A program made the position numbers and the translations under genes. The notes under the pieces are model-generated. The model saw only the letters and a program-made list of their open reading frames with translations, made no database searches and was not told the DNA's origin. A stretch of DNA of 54,848 nt, counting the filler, from Asterionella formosa (Eukaryota), in assembly GCA_002256025.1 (NCBI GenBank). It is 4 parts of 4 records of this genome, joined end to end, with 100 filler letters (N's around TTAATTAATTAA, not from the genome) between each part and the next. Parts side by side here need not be neighbours in the genome. Positions count along the whole stretch, not along the records: positions 13,731 to 27,373 come from NKIB01006526.1; positions 27,474 to 41,114 come from NKIB01006535.1; 2 more parts are not named here. The stretch is one strand, 5' to 3'. How positions within the stretch are numbered: the stretch's first letter is position 1; each line of letters begins with the position of its first letter. Of the stretch, positions 24,674 through 37,601 are shown piece by piece.

Positions 24674-25797
24674 TCCTTAGTGTCAGATTTGGTGACACAA
24701 TTACATATTCAATCACACATATGTATGTGTAATATAAATCCTGAATACAGAATTGCTTGCGTGTTTCTGAGTTAACAGATAATAGCTTGTCTATAGTAAA
24801 ACTCTCATGATTACTCATTGTTTAGGCACATCAATGGAACTTCCTATGGAATTAAATACAATAGTCATCAGTGCTGTGGTTTGATCACAATTTGCGTCTC
24901 TATAATCAAGTTCATTTCGTTCTCGCAGCTAAAGGTCCATTACGAAGTGAAGCAGGAGAAGAATGCGCCATTAAAGCAAGGCTATGCGGGTCCTTGCTTA
25001 CTAAAGCATCACAATGTGCACCAATGGAAATATACTCAAAAATGTATCAGCTTTGGTGGAATCTAACAGGAGTAATTCAAGCATTACAAGCCAGATCTGT
25101 CATCATTCAGATCATTCAGATGTATGACAGCAGGGTATGCTTCATAAAAAGGCGCAAGCGCCAAATGAACATTGACATAAAAAAATTTCCACTTGATAGG
25201 AAAATGCTGGAGACAGCTAATATTGCTACCTGATTTTACCTGTACTAAAACAAATGATCCACCTATTTGCTGTGTTCCCTTATCTAAAGAACACAATCTC
25301 CATGTGAAGCAAGAGAATTGATGAGAAAAAGTTCGAGTGTGCGCATTATCTCAAGAAATAGTGCCATTCCAACAAACTGGAACTCATGCTGCACTGCAAA
25401 ATGAGGAGGTAAGAACGAAAATAGCTAACTGCTACTACTCATGATGAATTTGTGGCAACAATATTGGAGTACTGAACGATTTCCGGTACCAGTTTAAAAT
25501 GGCTTTGAGCCACTTCGAATGGCTTTGAGTCACTTAACGATATAATATTCACAATGTATACATAGATTTTTTCTAATTTTCCAGTGATGACTATATTTAG
25601 TACGACAAAGTTGTTCCTGATGTTGCGCCGGATACAACAAATCTAGTTGTTGATTAGGTCTTGTGTTTTAGATAATCAGATAAATGTGTCGGAAAGTGGC
25701 GATCGGCCCAAAAGTGGCAAAAAAAATATTATATTTGATCATTTCCATATTTCATACTATACAGGTGCATGGATGACTCCTCCCGCCCTTTCATTAG

Positions 25798-25980
25798 ATA
25801 TGCAGCCATATTGCGATAATTCCACAGGACCTATAGGATTGGTAGTCTGGTGCTGGTCATCATTTCCGCATTGTATATACCAGTAGGAGTCACCATGTAT
25901 GCATGCATGCTGCGATAATTCTTACAAGACATAAAAATTTGGTAGCTTGGGGGTTATCAATTCCGTACTGTATACAGGGG
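25798..25980. repeat. Degenerate tandem duplication, ~100 bp
   Basis: tgcgataattc..aca.gac..a...ttggtag...ttccg.a.tgtata occurs twice. Confidence 0.55.
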
Positions 25981-27373
25981 GGGAAGGGGTTGCATGCATG
26001 AGCAACTACTCCGGTATAAACTATGATCTTTAATCAATGAATTAAGATTCGTTTATCCTATAACTTTGATCATAACATATTGATCATATGATGAACGGTG
26101 TCGTTGATGAGAAAATGAACGATCAACATTTATTTTCAAGAATCAGGATCAATTGATCTTAAAAATATGATCAAATGATCCTAAACACATGAGTATATTC
26201 AGTTTTCCGCTGCACTATTGTGGTATTTCCATGATGGAAGTAATTACCAGCAATTATACAGTATTACCGGTAGGCCATATGAATTTTGGTCAATATGTCC
26301 ATATACATAAATGTATGATTTCGACCATTTGAAAAATTGGTGATGACTCCCGTTTATTAAGGGGCATAATTAAATCAGCCACTGACTTGTAGGTACAAGA
26401 ATTGACACAAAACAAATTGAAAAATCTCAACAGGTTGTGGAAAACTATGAACTCATCATGCATTGTATATATTTGAACTATGTATAATAAAAACTGATAT
26501 TAGTATACACAGGATGTGACGTATAATGAGCGTGTTTCAAACTATGCAAATATTCAACTATGTATACATTAAACTTCTTACAAATCTTTATATATATGTA
26601 TTCATGGCTGAAACATTTGAAATCATGTTTTCATGTTCTTTGTCATGCATACACTTTGCTCCTGAATTGAAGGATTAACACAGATGATGACGCGGAAAAC
26701 GAAAGTGATAATAAAGCACAATGATACTTGCGGCTTAGAAGAGAAGGGCGGAATCAATTGATGGTAAGTCAAGAGCAGATGCCTTTCATGTTCCTTGCCA
26801 TGCTGCATCCACTTCCTCAAATGAAGGATCTCAAGCAACACATGATGCGAAAAACTGAAGTGACAATACACCATGCGGCTAAGAAGGAGTGAATATGATG
26901 GAGAAAGGCGCAATCAACAAGCTGTGCATAGCATCACGGTTTGTCAAGAGCAAATGTCAAGATGACCAATTGGAGCGATTACAAATACGGAATGACTCGT
27001 CCCCTTTCAGTGATTCAATAGCTCCTTTTCGATTTGGTGGCAGGTCAACCATCAATGTGCGTGGACAAAAGAAATCGGTAAGTGCTACCTATCAGCCATC
27101 TTTGGATCAATCCACAACTGTTAGAAAAACTGACACATATGTGTTGCTTCTTTCAGGATAATGGTAGACAAACAGTATTTGTAAGTTACAAAGAGCAGTG
27201 TTGGAGCCCATTTATTGATCGATACTTTGCTTCTCATTCAATCTTTGACTGACACATTCTTCTACAGAAATATGCATCAGTTACTTCCTCAATTTGTGGT
27301 AAGTGAAGCAAGATAGAAGCGAAATGAATGTTGTTGTGTAAGCAAAACATGAAAAGCTAACAATGAATTGATT

Positions 27374-27473
27374 NNNNNNNNNNNNNNNNNNNNNNNNNNN
27401 NNNNNNNNNNNNNNNNNTTAATTAATTAANNNNNNNNNNNNNNNNNNNNNNNNNNNNNNNNNNNNNNNNNNNN
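27374..27473. other. Artificial contig spacer N44-TTAATTAATTAA-N44
   Basis: Same linker as at 13631. Confidence 0.95.
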
Positions 27474-27754
27474 ATACAAGAGTTGAACTGAATGATTCTA
27501 ATTTAATTCGAGGTGGATTACCTGCACACAACAATAATTCAGAAGGAACAAATAGTGGAGACAAATCTTTCTTCAATCACAGGAAAGCGTTAACAGCAAA
27601 TTTCACCCACAACATGTCCTACATGTTGGACGACCGATCCAAGGGTGACTTAGAGTTTTGCTCCACTTTGCACTCATCAGTACACTCCATCAATTTCTAC
27701 AAGTCCAGCCACTGTTGGAACATAACTGACAGACACATTTTCTTTCTTTCAAAG

Positions 27755-28572
27755 TCAAGCTAACGAAAATGAATCGGTAAGTTTTATTCGACATCATTGG
27801 TTACCTGATATTTACTTATTCAAGAATTTACTGTCAATTTACTATTACAGACATATGCATCAGTTGCTTTGATTTGTGGTAAGTGAAGCAAGAGGATACG
27901 ATGGAATTGTGTGGTGTTGTGTCAGTGTAACATGACTAGCTAACAAGTCATTCCTTCCCATTGTTACTGTAACTGCATAGGACAATTAAACCAATCAAAC
28001 AACGGAATAGTCGGCGAGTTCAGTGTGTCACTAACAGCAGGGAGAGAGACGAGAAATTAAGCATTTCATGGCACAAGATTCAGAAAAGAGGAAGAAAAGG
28101 GCGAGACAGGAACAATATACATTGAGCCAAGTTTCTCGAGAGAGAAACATTGGGTTGCTGTAGAAAAGATTGATAGCTAGCATTGCTAACTTTGATTGTT
28201 AAATTTCGATCCATTTCAAACTATTTTGAACAAAGCCTGTGATTAGAATTATGATCATGTTTAAGATAGATATACAATGAAACAATTCATATGATAGCAT
28301 AGAGTTTATCTAGTTTTAGGATGCATTGAAGTAACAATTTATTTTTGGCGATCACGAGAAGTGAAAATAAATGAGAAGGTTTATGATATTGATAAGAAAT
28401 GTTGTTGTTCAGTTGATGTACATTGTATTATGATAATGTTCTTATTATCATCATACTTCAAGTTTGGTAAAATATTAATAAATCATTGTAGTTATAGGAT
28501 AGATTGATCATAGTATTGATCCAAAAACTATCGTGCTACCTAGTAGTGTACAATACCCTTGATCCTATATGC
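27755..28572 (+). repeat. Dispersed repeat family D (~800 bp), copy 1
   Basis: Collinear with 44655-45512; partial diverged copy at 27181-27365. Confidence 0.9.
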
Positions 28573-29495
28573 AAGAGCATTACCCTTGGAATACTGCTGC
28601 AGGTGGAGTTATTTCAAATTATCAAGGCAGAGCATGGAAGAAATCCAATTTTTCAAACACAAACACAAATCTGCAATCGAGAAGAAGTTCAAATGCTTTA
28701 GCATCATTCAAAAAGAGGTATACAAATCAAAATACTAGCAAGGCACTGTTGATGAGAATGATGCATATCAAATGCCACTACTAATATACTGCCATCTTTG
28801 TGAGTGGACAGCGGATGCTGACGATACATCAATGGATATTCACAGTTGGTGTAATGCGCCAAAGGAACTGCATGGGCCAACATAAAATGTTAAAGCTACT
28901 ATCTGATTATCGCACTGATGCCCATATATGAATGAGAACAATTAGATTTGTTATTATTATACCATGCAGTACAATGGAACCTGTCTTTTTGTCAGACAAA
29001 GACCCAGCCAGAACTCAAGAGACAACATGAAAAAGATAGGTGGAGAGTGCAGTTAACTGAACCCACCACTGCAGATGGTGTACTAACCACTTAGCCTTTT
29101 GCCAAATATGCTCTATGTCAGAACTTACTAGAAGGGTTTTTGAATGGGTCCTCCATGAAAAATTGACAGGATTGTATTCATAGACAGATCTATTTATAAT
29201 GATTGATGAGATCTACAACAAATGTGGTTGCAATATGTGCAATAAGTAATCCTCAAAGCTTACTAAGGGACACGGTCTGAAGGATAAGTGTGGGATTTTG
29301 TGGCTGGACAGGTCAAGCAATTAAATCACATAATTTCATTTGATTGATGTAGTTCACTACACAACAGCCTTTAACATTTTATTTGGTAGAAGAGGTTCAC
29401 TATGAAATTACTTGCTCCTTACCCTTGTTGAGGCCCTCCAATCTAATCATTCGTGCCCCCTCTGTCCAAGCATACCCTGCTTGCCTATATCAATT

Positions 29496-30755
29496 CTAAA
29501 CTTCAACAGATGTCACAACTCCAACAGAATCAGTTGTGATCTCTTGCGGAACATCATTTGATGGAACCATGGGCTCATGGAGCTGATCAGGTTGGACATT
29601 TAGACCATGATTGTCTTTCTTCCACGATGTGGCTCGTAACATTATAGCCACCAACGTTCTATTTGGTAGAAGGGATTTCTCGTGAATTTGTTTGTAGCTT
29701 AACCCATTTCTGAGGCCCTCCATCATTATGGATTTCTCCTCAGCAGTCCAGGCTTTCCCAGCTTGCCTTTTTCGTTTCTTACTTGCACGGGATGTCACAG
29801 CTCTGCCTCCAGAATCACGTTTGGGACCTTGAGGGACATTTTTCGAGGGACCAACTGGATTACTTCGTGGCTGGACTGGTTGAATCTTAAAATCATCTTC
29901 ATGCTTTTTCAGTGATGTAGCTTGCAACCTAATCGCCACTAAAGTCCTGTTCGGTAGTAAGGATTCATCATGAATTTGTTTACAGCTCAACCCCTTTCTG
30001 AGGCCCTCCAACATTTTGGATTTCTCCTCCTCACTCCAGGCTTGTCGAGCTTGCCTCTTTTTTCGTTTCTGAATTGCATCAGACACCACAATTCCGCCAC
30101 TGTAATCAAGTGTAAGCACTTGTGGAACTTTTTTTGACGGATCCACAGAAGTTTGCGGCTGAACCAGTTGAGCATTGAAATCATTGTCAGTTTTTTTCAA
30201 CGATGAAGCTTGCAATCTAATAGCGACTAGCGTCCTTTTCGGTAGAAGAGATTCCTCGTGAATTTGTTTGTAGCTCAAACCATTTTTGAGGCCCTCCAAT
30301 AAAATGGATTTCTCCTCCTCAGTCCAAGCTTGCCCCACTATCCTTTGCCGTTTCTTAATTGCATTCCTTTTACGTTTCTGAGTCGTCTGTGACGCTACAA
30401 TTCCGCTTCCATTATCAGCAGTCATCATGTGAGTAACATCATTTAACGGATCCATGAGATTGTGTGGACTCTCATACCAATCAGAGGCATCGATTCCCTG
30501 TTCTTCCTCGTCATCTGTTAGATGTTTCACCTCATCTTCTATACCGACAGGAGGGCTTTCACGTTTCACCGTCAAACGATTCACAGGATTTGCAGCGGAT
30601 GCGCTGGCGGCAAATATAGATTGTTTATTACCGCTTGATGGCATTGTAGTGCTTGTGTTTCCGTTCATAGGAAGAAATTCCTCATCGTTAATTACATCGT
30701 CTCTGGAGGGCGGAAGGTCAGATGCCTCGACTTTTAGGTTACAGCTACGTTCCAT
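29496..30755 (-). CDS. Protein with three Myb/SANT-like repeats, each preceded by a basic NLS-like patch
   Basis: Intact 419-aa ORF; W[TS]xEEKSxxxEGLxxGLSxKQIHxxSLLPxRTLVAIxL three times, Trp codons at 30326, 30038 and 29750. Confidence 0.85.
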   Translation of the reverse strand: MERSCNLKVEASDLPPSRDDVINDEEFLPMNGNTSTTMPSSGNKQSIFAASASAANPVNRLTVKRESPPVGIEDEVKHLTDDEEEQGIDASDWYESPHNLMDPLNDVTHMMTADNGSGIVASQTTQKRKRNAIKKRQRIVGQAWTEEEKSILLEGLKNGLSYKQIHEESLLPKRTLVAIRLQASSLKKTDNDFNAQLVQPQTSVDPSKKVPQVLTLDYSGGIVVSDAIQKRKKRQARQAWSEEEKSKMLEGLRKGLSCKQIHDESLLPNRTLVAIRLQATSLKKHEDDFKIQPVQPRSNPVGPSKNVPQGPKRDSGGRAVTSRASKKRKRQAGKAWTAEEKSIMMEGLRNGLSYKQIHEKSLLPNRTLVAIMLRATSWKKDNHGLNVQPDQLHEPMVPSNDVPQEITTDSVGVVTSVEV

Positions 30756-31234
30756 CTTTACTGGATAATAATTCTCAAGCTGCTTCTTCAGGGAATCTTC
30801 GTCGTATGATCTACCGGTATAACACTATGAAGGAAACTTATTCCGATATTATAACAAAATCCGGACCTTGTGCTTTTACTAACAAAGAGGATTGATGCGG
30901 TAAGTCGTTGCAAAGCGCTCTTGCTTTCGTGTATCTACTCTCAAGCCCCAGTATTGTGATTCAGTTATAATTGCTCAGCGCTGCAAGCAAAGGATTGCTA
31001 CAAATGTCACGTGTTCGAACACAATGTGCAGCAACAAATGGCGACGAAGAGCTACATCTGTGTCTACTGTATCTCCTGGTACCTTCCCAACAGTGGATCA
31101 GTACCAGCACACTGCTTGTGTCAGTTGGGAGTAGTTGGGACTATCTTATGATTTACCTAATACCGGTAATACTAGATACCTGTGCGTTGCATTTGCCAGA
31201 CCTTCATGTGCTCCGAGTTCTGCTACATAGACAG

Positions 31235-31540
31235 TCACTACCGGTACCAGGTTAGGCACGTGGTCTGGTACCTGGTACCTGGTACCAGGTTCAACTCCTA
31301 CATATGTACTATACCTGGTACTAGAGTAATTGGAATTCCGATATGGAAAATACCGGTACCGGTAGTGTAGTATAGTGTATACGTATGTACTACCGGTGAC
31401 AGGTACCGGTACATACGTATACACACACCTCTGCCGTTACCTGGACCAGGTACGGAGTACACGGTACCAGTACTAACTTGGACTACTGGCCAGGAATATA
31501 CCGAGTACCTGGTGTACCTGGTACCAGGTACCGGTACCTT
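31235..31540. repeat. Cluster of GGTACC(A/T) and TACCGGTA motifs
   Basis: ggtacctggtacctggtaccagg, taccggtaccggta and gtacctggtaccaggtaccggtacc within 300 bp. Confidence 0.85.
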
Positions 31541-32161
31541 GTGAGACATATGGCTGGGTGTAATTTCTGGGGCAACGAGGTAGACCCTGCAGGCCTGGTA
31601 TTAGCAAAAACCCTGACCCTATGTATATAATAGCTATTTTGCGCTTGAAAACCCTTGTTAACTTCACATTGACCATGTCGATATTATTCTGTTGGTTTAT
31701 TTAACAATTTTACAATCTCACGCACCACTTGATTTATCAACATAACCGCCATGATCAACGCTATGAATAAACTCATCAAATGGTGTGGGAGCACACAATT
31801 TCGTTTAGGGCCAATCTTAACAGAGATAAAAGAAATTAAAAAAATGTTGCTCGGCCCAATTCTTTGTATCTCGCATATCCGGTTGATATGTTGCTTCCAG
31901 CTTTTTGTTGCTCCGAAATGTGTATCTGTGTGTATCGCTGCAGATACAGCGTTAAGCAACACTAATTGTCATGTAATTAAATTAATCAACAAAGACACCA
32001 TTTTTATCTCTAATGATAACAACAGAAATGAATTTTGGGAGGAGGGATTCTCAGCAGCAATTATTATTATCAATACCGGTAGCTACTCATGGAACAATGC
32101 TTTTCATCACTTGTAAACAACTTGCGCAATGGCATCATTTGAATCTTCGGACAATGAAATT

Positions 32162-32647
32162 NNNNNNNNNNNNNNNNNNNNNNNNNNNNNNNNNNNNNNN
32201 NNNNNNNNNNNNNNNNNNNNNNNNNNNNNNNNNNNNNNNNNNNNNNNNNNNNNNNNNNNNNNNNNNNNNNNNNNNNNNNNNNNNNNNNNNNNNNNNNNNN
32301 NNNNNNNNNNNNNNNNNNNNNNNNNNNNNNNNNNNNNNNNNNNNNNNNNNNNNNNNNNNNNNNNNNNNNNNNNNNNNNNNNNNNNNNNNNNNNNNNNNNN
32401 NNNNNNNNNNNNNNNNNNNNNNNNNNNNNNNNNNNNNNNNNNNNNNNNNNNNNNNNNNNNNNNNNNNNNNNNNNNNNNNNNNNNNNNNNNNNNNNNNNNN
32501 NNNNNNNNNNNNNNNNNNNNNNNNNNNNNNNNNNNNNNNNNNNNNNNNNNNNNNNNNNNNNNNNNNNNNNNNNNNNNNNNNNNNNNNNNNNNNNNNNNNN
32601 NNNNNNNNNNNNNNNNNNNNNNNNNNNNNNNNNNNNNNNNNNNNNNN
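32162..32647. other. Assembly gap (486 N) inside the Harbinger element
   Basis: Run of Ns without the linker. Confidence 0.99.
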
Positions 32648-32649
32648 CC

Positions 32650-33739
32650 AATGACTCAAGTACAGATTCCGAATTATCTCCTTCCCAATTGTTTGCATTT
32701 ACATCTCCAGTTCCTGCTGTTATTTTATTTGATGACGATTCTGAAAGATCCCACCAGATTATTCAGAAACAGGGACGACCTCCCAAGAATCAGAGGAAAA
32801 GAAATTCTGCAACTGCTCCCAAATATACTAAGAAGCGGCGTGGCATGTCCTATCGAGTAATTAATGTCTTCTTCGATGAGAAACATCGGCAAGATGCTTT
32901 GTTTCTTGGGAATACACCAACTATGTGTGAGTTGGATGCAAGGAAATTTCCCCATAAAGCAGTTTGGGACACGTTATTGGATTCCTTCATGGACATAGAC
33001 GATGATACAGTTGGATCCATGGCATTCAAACACACCCAGTTTGAATACCACGGAATTGATGATAACTATCACCTCACTTTTGATATGTTGGATAGCAAAC
33101 AATTTTCAGAGGTTATGGAATTTCTAAATTCACATTGCGAGATCTGTTTCAATAATAACAAAGTTTCTGGACAATTTCACTCAAAACCGGCCTTATTGTT
33201 TGTACTATCATTTATGGCTTCAACAAGTGCCACATTTCCGTGCCTATGCAGTACCAAGTTTAAGTGATGGTGTTGCTATGGACAGTCTAATTCATGTTCC
33301 TGCAGAGGATGATGTTGCCAAGCTACCTGTTCAACGAAGAAAGGTAGAAAATGTGGCAGCAATGAGTTTGAAAACACATCCAAACAAGTGGTCGATGCGC
33401 TTATAGAACTTTCAAAAGCAAACGAGCGCCGTAAACAAATGACACTTGCCTTTCAAAGTTCCAATGCAGAATTTTCTCGAGCAACTTTTCTTGTAAAACA
33501 ACGAGAGAAGCAAGGAACTAATGGATGTTGTAAGTATGTACCGCGAAAAGTTAAAGGAGGCTCGAACTGAAGTAGCAAGTAATAAAGTGTCACAAAAATG
33601 TGATGGTAAAGAGTATCAAGAGAATGTCAGTTTTGTTGAATTTTTTGAAGCCAAACTTTTTGAAGCTATGGATTCACTGACCAAGAATTATGTAGCTCTC
33701 ATACAAACAGCTGAAGAAAATGCATTTAATCATAATTAG
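32650..33739 (+). pseudogene. Harbinger second (accessory) ORF, frameshifted
   Basis: Overlapping + ORFs 32689-33267, 33200-33406, 33388-33570 and 33521-33739 inside the TIRs, convergent with the transposase; Harbingers normally carry a second DNA-binding gene. Confidence 0.6.
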
Positions 33740-33802
33740 GTTAACAATTATATTTATACTTGTTCTTGTTATTACCTAATTCCTTCCAGTTGTAGTTGTA
33801 TG

Positions 33803-35138
33803 CTACATTAATCCTATTTCAGTCAGTTCACGCCGTAGGCGCAACACATTAGCCGGAGGTCGCCTAAACCCATTGTTGGTGACAACATCAAGAATAATTT
33901 GCCGAATCTGTGAAGTGGTACCTTGTACTACATTCAACTTCCTGACAGTTGGATGATTAGCCCACCACCCAAGAGGAGCATTAGGCATTGGATCAACAAG
34001 CTCCAAACTAGTCAGAAATTCCATTCCATTAGCAAGTTCCTTCTTTTTATCATCATCCATGAGTAGGCAAAAGTTTTTGGAAGGGGGCACAAGCAGAAAG
34101 AATTGCAACTGATTTCTTCATCCTGAAGTACAAGGATGTCCTCAGGATCCTCCATTTATTGGTGAGCAATCCAAACGTCATCTCAATTCTAATGCGGAGT
34201 TGTGAAAGGAAATTTTTGCATGCATCTCTGTTTGTTGATTTCCTTTGACTTCCAACAAATGGACAGAGCACTTGATCAGTCAATGTGTAAGCAGCATCAC
34301 CTACTATGTATTTTCCTGGATGAAGGTCGGATACAATCTGAAAAAGTTTTGTTCTTTCAAATCATGCCTTCTGATTTGGACATTTTCCTGGTGCCACGAC
34401 ACCAAAGTATAGGAAACAACAATTGCTGTTGCAAACAGCTTGAACATTCAATCCATATGACATATAATGCCCAGACCAGTATGCTTGAGGGAAGCCATGA
34501 AGATCCTTTTTTCTTGGTTTAGCAATAGGCTGTAAATATCCATCTATAGCACCAATGCATCCACGACATAGTTGCTGCTCGCTTTTTTCAAGGAATCCAT
34601 TCATCACTGTTTGTTTCTCCTTGTTTGTTGTAAGGAATTTTATTGATAATGCTGTGCAGGAGTTCACCGCATCAAGGAATGTTTTAGTGATGGCATAAAC
34701 GGATGGATAAAAAACTCCATAGACATGACGAATGTCTATGAGGTTTCCGCCTGCAAGCCATCGAAGTCCGATGGCAAGGATCAACTCAGGATAAATATGC
34801 TGATTTGAGCTGTATAAACCGGAACTTGCATTTGATTTAACAACGTTAACTGTGATGGAAGGTCGAATGAGTTCCAGTAGTTGCTTGTAAGCTTCAAGAG
34901 ACATGCGATATTCACAATGAAAACTATTCTCATTAAGAAGCTTTGTGACATGCTCATTCCAGTCCATTCGTTGATGCTTCCATTTTGGAATTCTCACTGG
35001 CTTCGAGTTTCTTTCATAGGACTCCAAAAATGATAATGCAACTGCTGCAATAAACAAAAATCTCCGTTGTTCCGCGCTTAGCTATATCAAGATTGTCAAT
35101 GACATCCCAACTGTCAGGTTCTTCCGGTCGATTTGTCA
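33803..35138 (-). pseudogene. PIF/Harbinger DDE transposase (DDE_Tnp_4-like), disrupted
   Basis: YRMS...LRWLAGG...CIGAIDG...GLNVQAVC...APG, then GDAAY and RIRIEMTFGLLTNKWRIL in other frames; internal stop and frameshifts. Confidence 0.92.
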
Positions 35139-35752
35139 TTGTCGTTACAGTAATGATAATTGTCAGACACGTTGAATAATTGAAGCGTACATTGCAAACA
35201 TTTTTGCTCAGTCTGATGCACATGTTTGCAGAGACATTAAGAAAACGGCTAATTGTTTTGCCGTTACAGAGATATATTTGTAAAATGTAGTATCTCAGTA
35301 AAGATTCATTTTTTTCTTAAGATACAACAAAAATAATTTGTATCTCTGTTAAGATTGGCCCTTATAAATGACCTACTATTTAGTGTCCACGCCTACATGA
35401 CCAACCAATTCATGACAGTGGGCTCTATGGAGTTGAAACTGTACAGGAATGCCTCACAATTTCGTTTATAAATGAACTATTTAGTGTTTCTCAGCATGGC
35501 AAATCCAAGCCTAGCTACATGAAACTGTACAGGAATGCCTCAAATAAAGTACTATAGCAGTTACAATTAAGCTGCTACAATGATTTCACAACCATCGTTG
35601 TTCAATGGACTTCGATTTCAAGTTCGTCATGAATGAACTCAACAATGACAAAAATGAGATCGAATGATAAAATTGTTTAAATGCATACATAACATTTATT
35701 CATATGAATGTAATTTATGCACAAAATTTTACCTAAGGTTGTGGCCCCGACT

Positions 35753-36652
35753 TAACCCTAGTTTGGAGAAAACGTTGCTTGGGTTGTAAAAACAGTACGG
35801 AACAAGGAGTTTACTTCTATGAATTCCCATGATTCGAGTGACCGTCTGAATATTTGAATTAAAAAGGAATCGGCACCAGATTGATAGAGTTCAATTTTAA
35901 ACAAACAAAAATGATATTTATACATTTATACTATATCTACGTTGCTGTATGACATGATTTTGCTCCACGCCAAAACACATTTATAAATCAGGAGTATGCC
36001 AACATGAATGCTCATGGCTAATCTAAGTTGCTGTATGTAGTTTTAATATTACTCTACGCCCAAATGCATGTATAAAAATCAGTACCGGGTACCAGAGTAC
36101 CGGTATACCAAGTATATCTTGGTTCATGATGATGGAAGACAGTACCGGTACTGATTGTACCTACGGGTAAATAGTCCATCTAAGCAATACGTGTGGTTCA
36201 AGTGTGTCTGGCGTGATTTTACAAGACCGGAATACTTCAGCCAATCTGCAGCTGGTGAGTAAATTCAATTGAACCAATCAGAATATGTGTAGTGACGTGG
36301 GAACTTGCTTACCCTGGAGTCTTTTCGGACTGAGAATTATACAGCAAAACATACCTACGCAAGCCTCGCTCTAGGTCTACGAGAACGTTTTTGCGCATAC
36401 TAATTCCGATTCCATTATTTTGATGACTGTTGAAAAAGCCGATCGAGTCGACTTTTTGGAGTAGGATTGCTCTACATCTGCGGGGTTTCATGAAGATTAA
36501 AATAGATAGACATTAAGAGTTAACTTCTGGAGAGAAAATGCAGTTATGTATCCTAGACTTTTTAAGCTTTTTAGCCCCCTTTTAGACTATTTTTGCGAAA
36601 GCTACGTATCTACGATACACAACTGCAGTTTCTCTCCCGAAACGAGGTCCTT
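35753..36652 (+). mobile_element. Non-autonomous element family B, copy 2
   Basis: Collinear with 21946-22828; 3' inverted repeat ~36522-36556 / 36610-36643. Confidence 0.8.
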
Positions 36653-37601
36653 GCTTCAATTTAAGCAGCGAACGTGAATCTTACTTAAACTTAAGCAGCA
36701 AACGTGAATCTAGCTAAAACTTAATTTGCAAACGAATTTCTAATAACATTAGGGTTAGGGGATGTCTTTCTTTAGCCTACTGGTAGCAGGATGGAGGGGA
36801 GCTAACCCAACGACAGAGTTCAGAAGTAAAATTCTAAATGTTCTTGTCAGCCATCGACTGTGATGTAGGACGACAAGAATGTAATGAAAAATACAAAATA
36901 GTTTTACTACACTGCCGGTACTATTTTACAAATAAAATAGTATGATTTCTATCCGGGAAACAGTTAGTTTTTAAAGCAATTGTGGAATCAAATAAATGAA
37001 CTCTGAGTATGGTGACGTGGTGGTGGAAACAATGATATGACGATGACGATCACATGATCCAACTATTCTAAACAGATAAATAGTGATTTATAAATCAATT
37101 TTTGTTTTGGGCCTGATCTCTTATAGACAATGGAGCATTGTAGCACGGCCATATGTAGTACAAATAATACGCTTTTCAATGCAATAACGAGGCATTGAGA
37201 TATCATCCTTTGTCCTCGAGCACACTTGTGGCTGGGTTTCCGATTTTACTGTTTCTGCTATATCTATATGAATGTAGTAGTAGCTACAATTAAAATATTT
37301 TACAATATGCTAGCGACTATTCGACTCTATCTATTTGACTAGTATACAATATCAAATGAGGGAAAGATGACATGATCTCTGTTGTCAAATCATCAGCGAT
37401 TTGTTGTAGTTGTTGCTGACATAATCATGACGATGAACAATGACATATAGGCTAGATACATTTTCAAAAGAGCAATAGTGCATCGTCAATTTTCGATGAG
37501 AAATTCATTCCAATAAGTTCGCCATGTTCAAGACAAGATGTTTACTCATTTACCGACATACATCAGGCAGTAAAAATCAAATTTCCTTTTTTTTGTGAAA
37601 G

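Larger units (their letters stand above)
31808..35361. mobile_element. Full-length PIF/Harbinger DNA transposon (degenerate)
   Basis: Perfect 21-bp TIRs GGGCCAATCTTAACAGAGATA (31808-31828 and 35341-35361), TTA target duplication (31805-31807 and 35362-35364), two convergent ORF regions. Confidence 0.95.

Noticed and set aside
32013..32860. Long ORFs of 187-243 aa in the ORF track
   Set aside because: Artefacts of translating through the N gap.
36749..36830. Telomere seed ttagggttaggg and a third SINE head (tagcctactggtagc)
   Set aside because: Only two telomere units, and no convincing B box or TSD.
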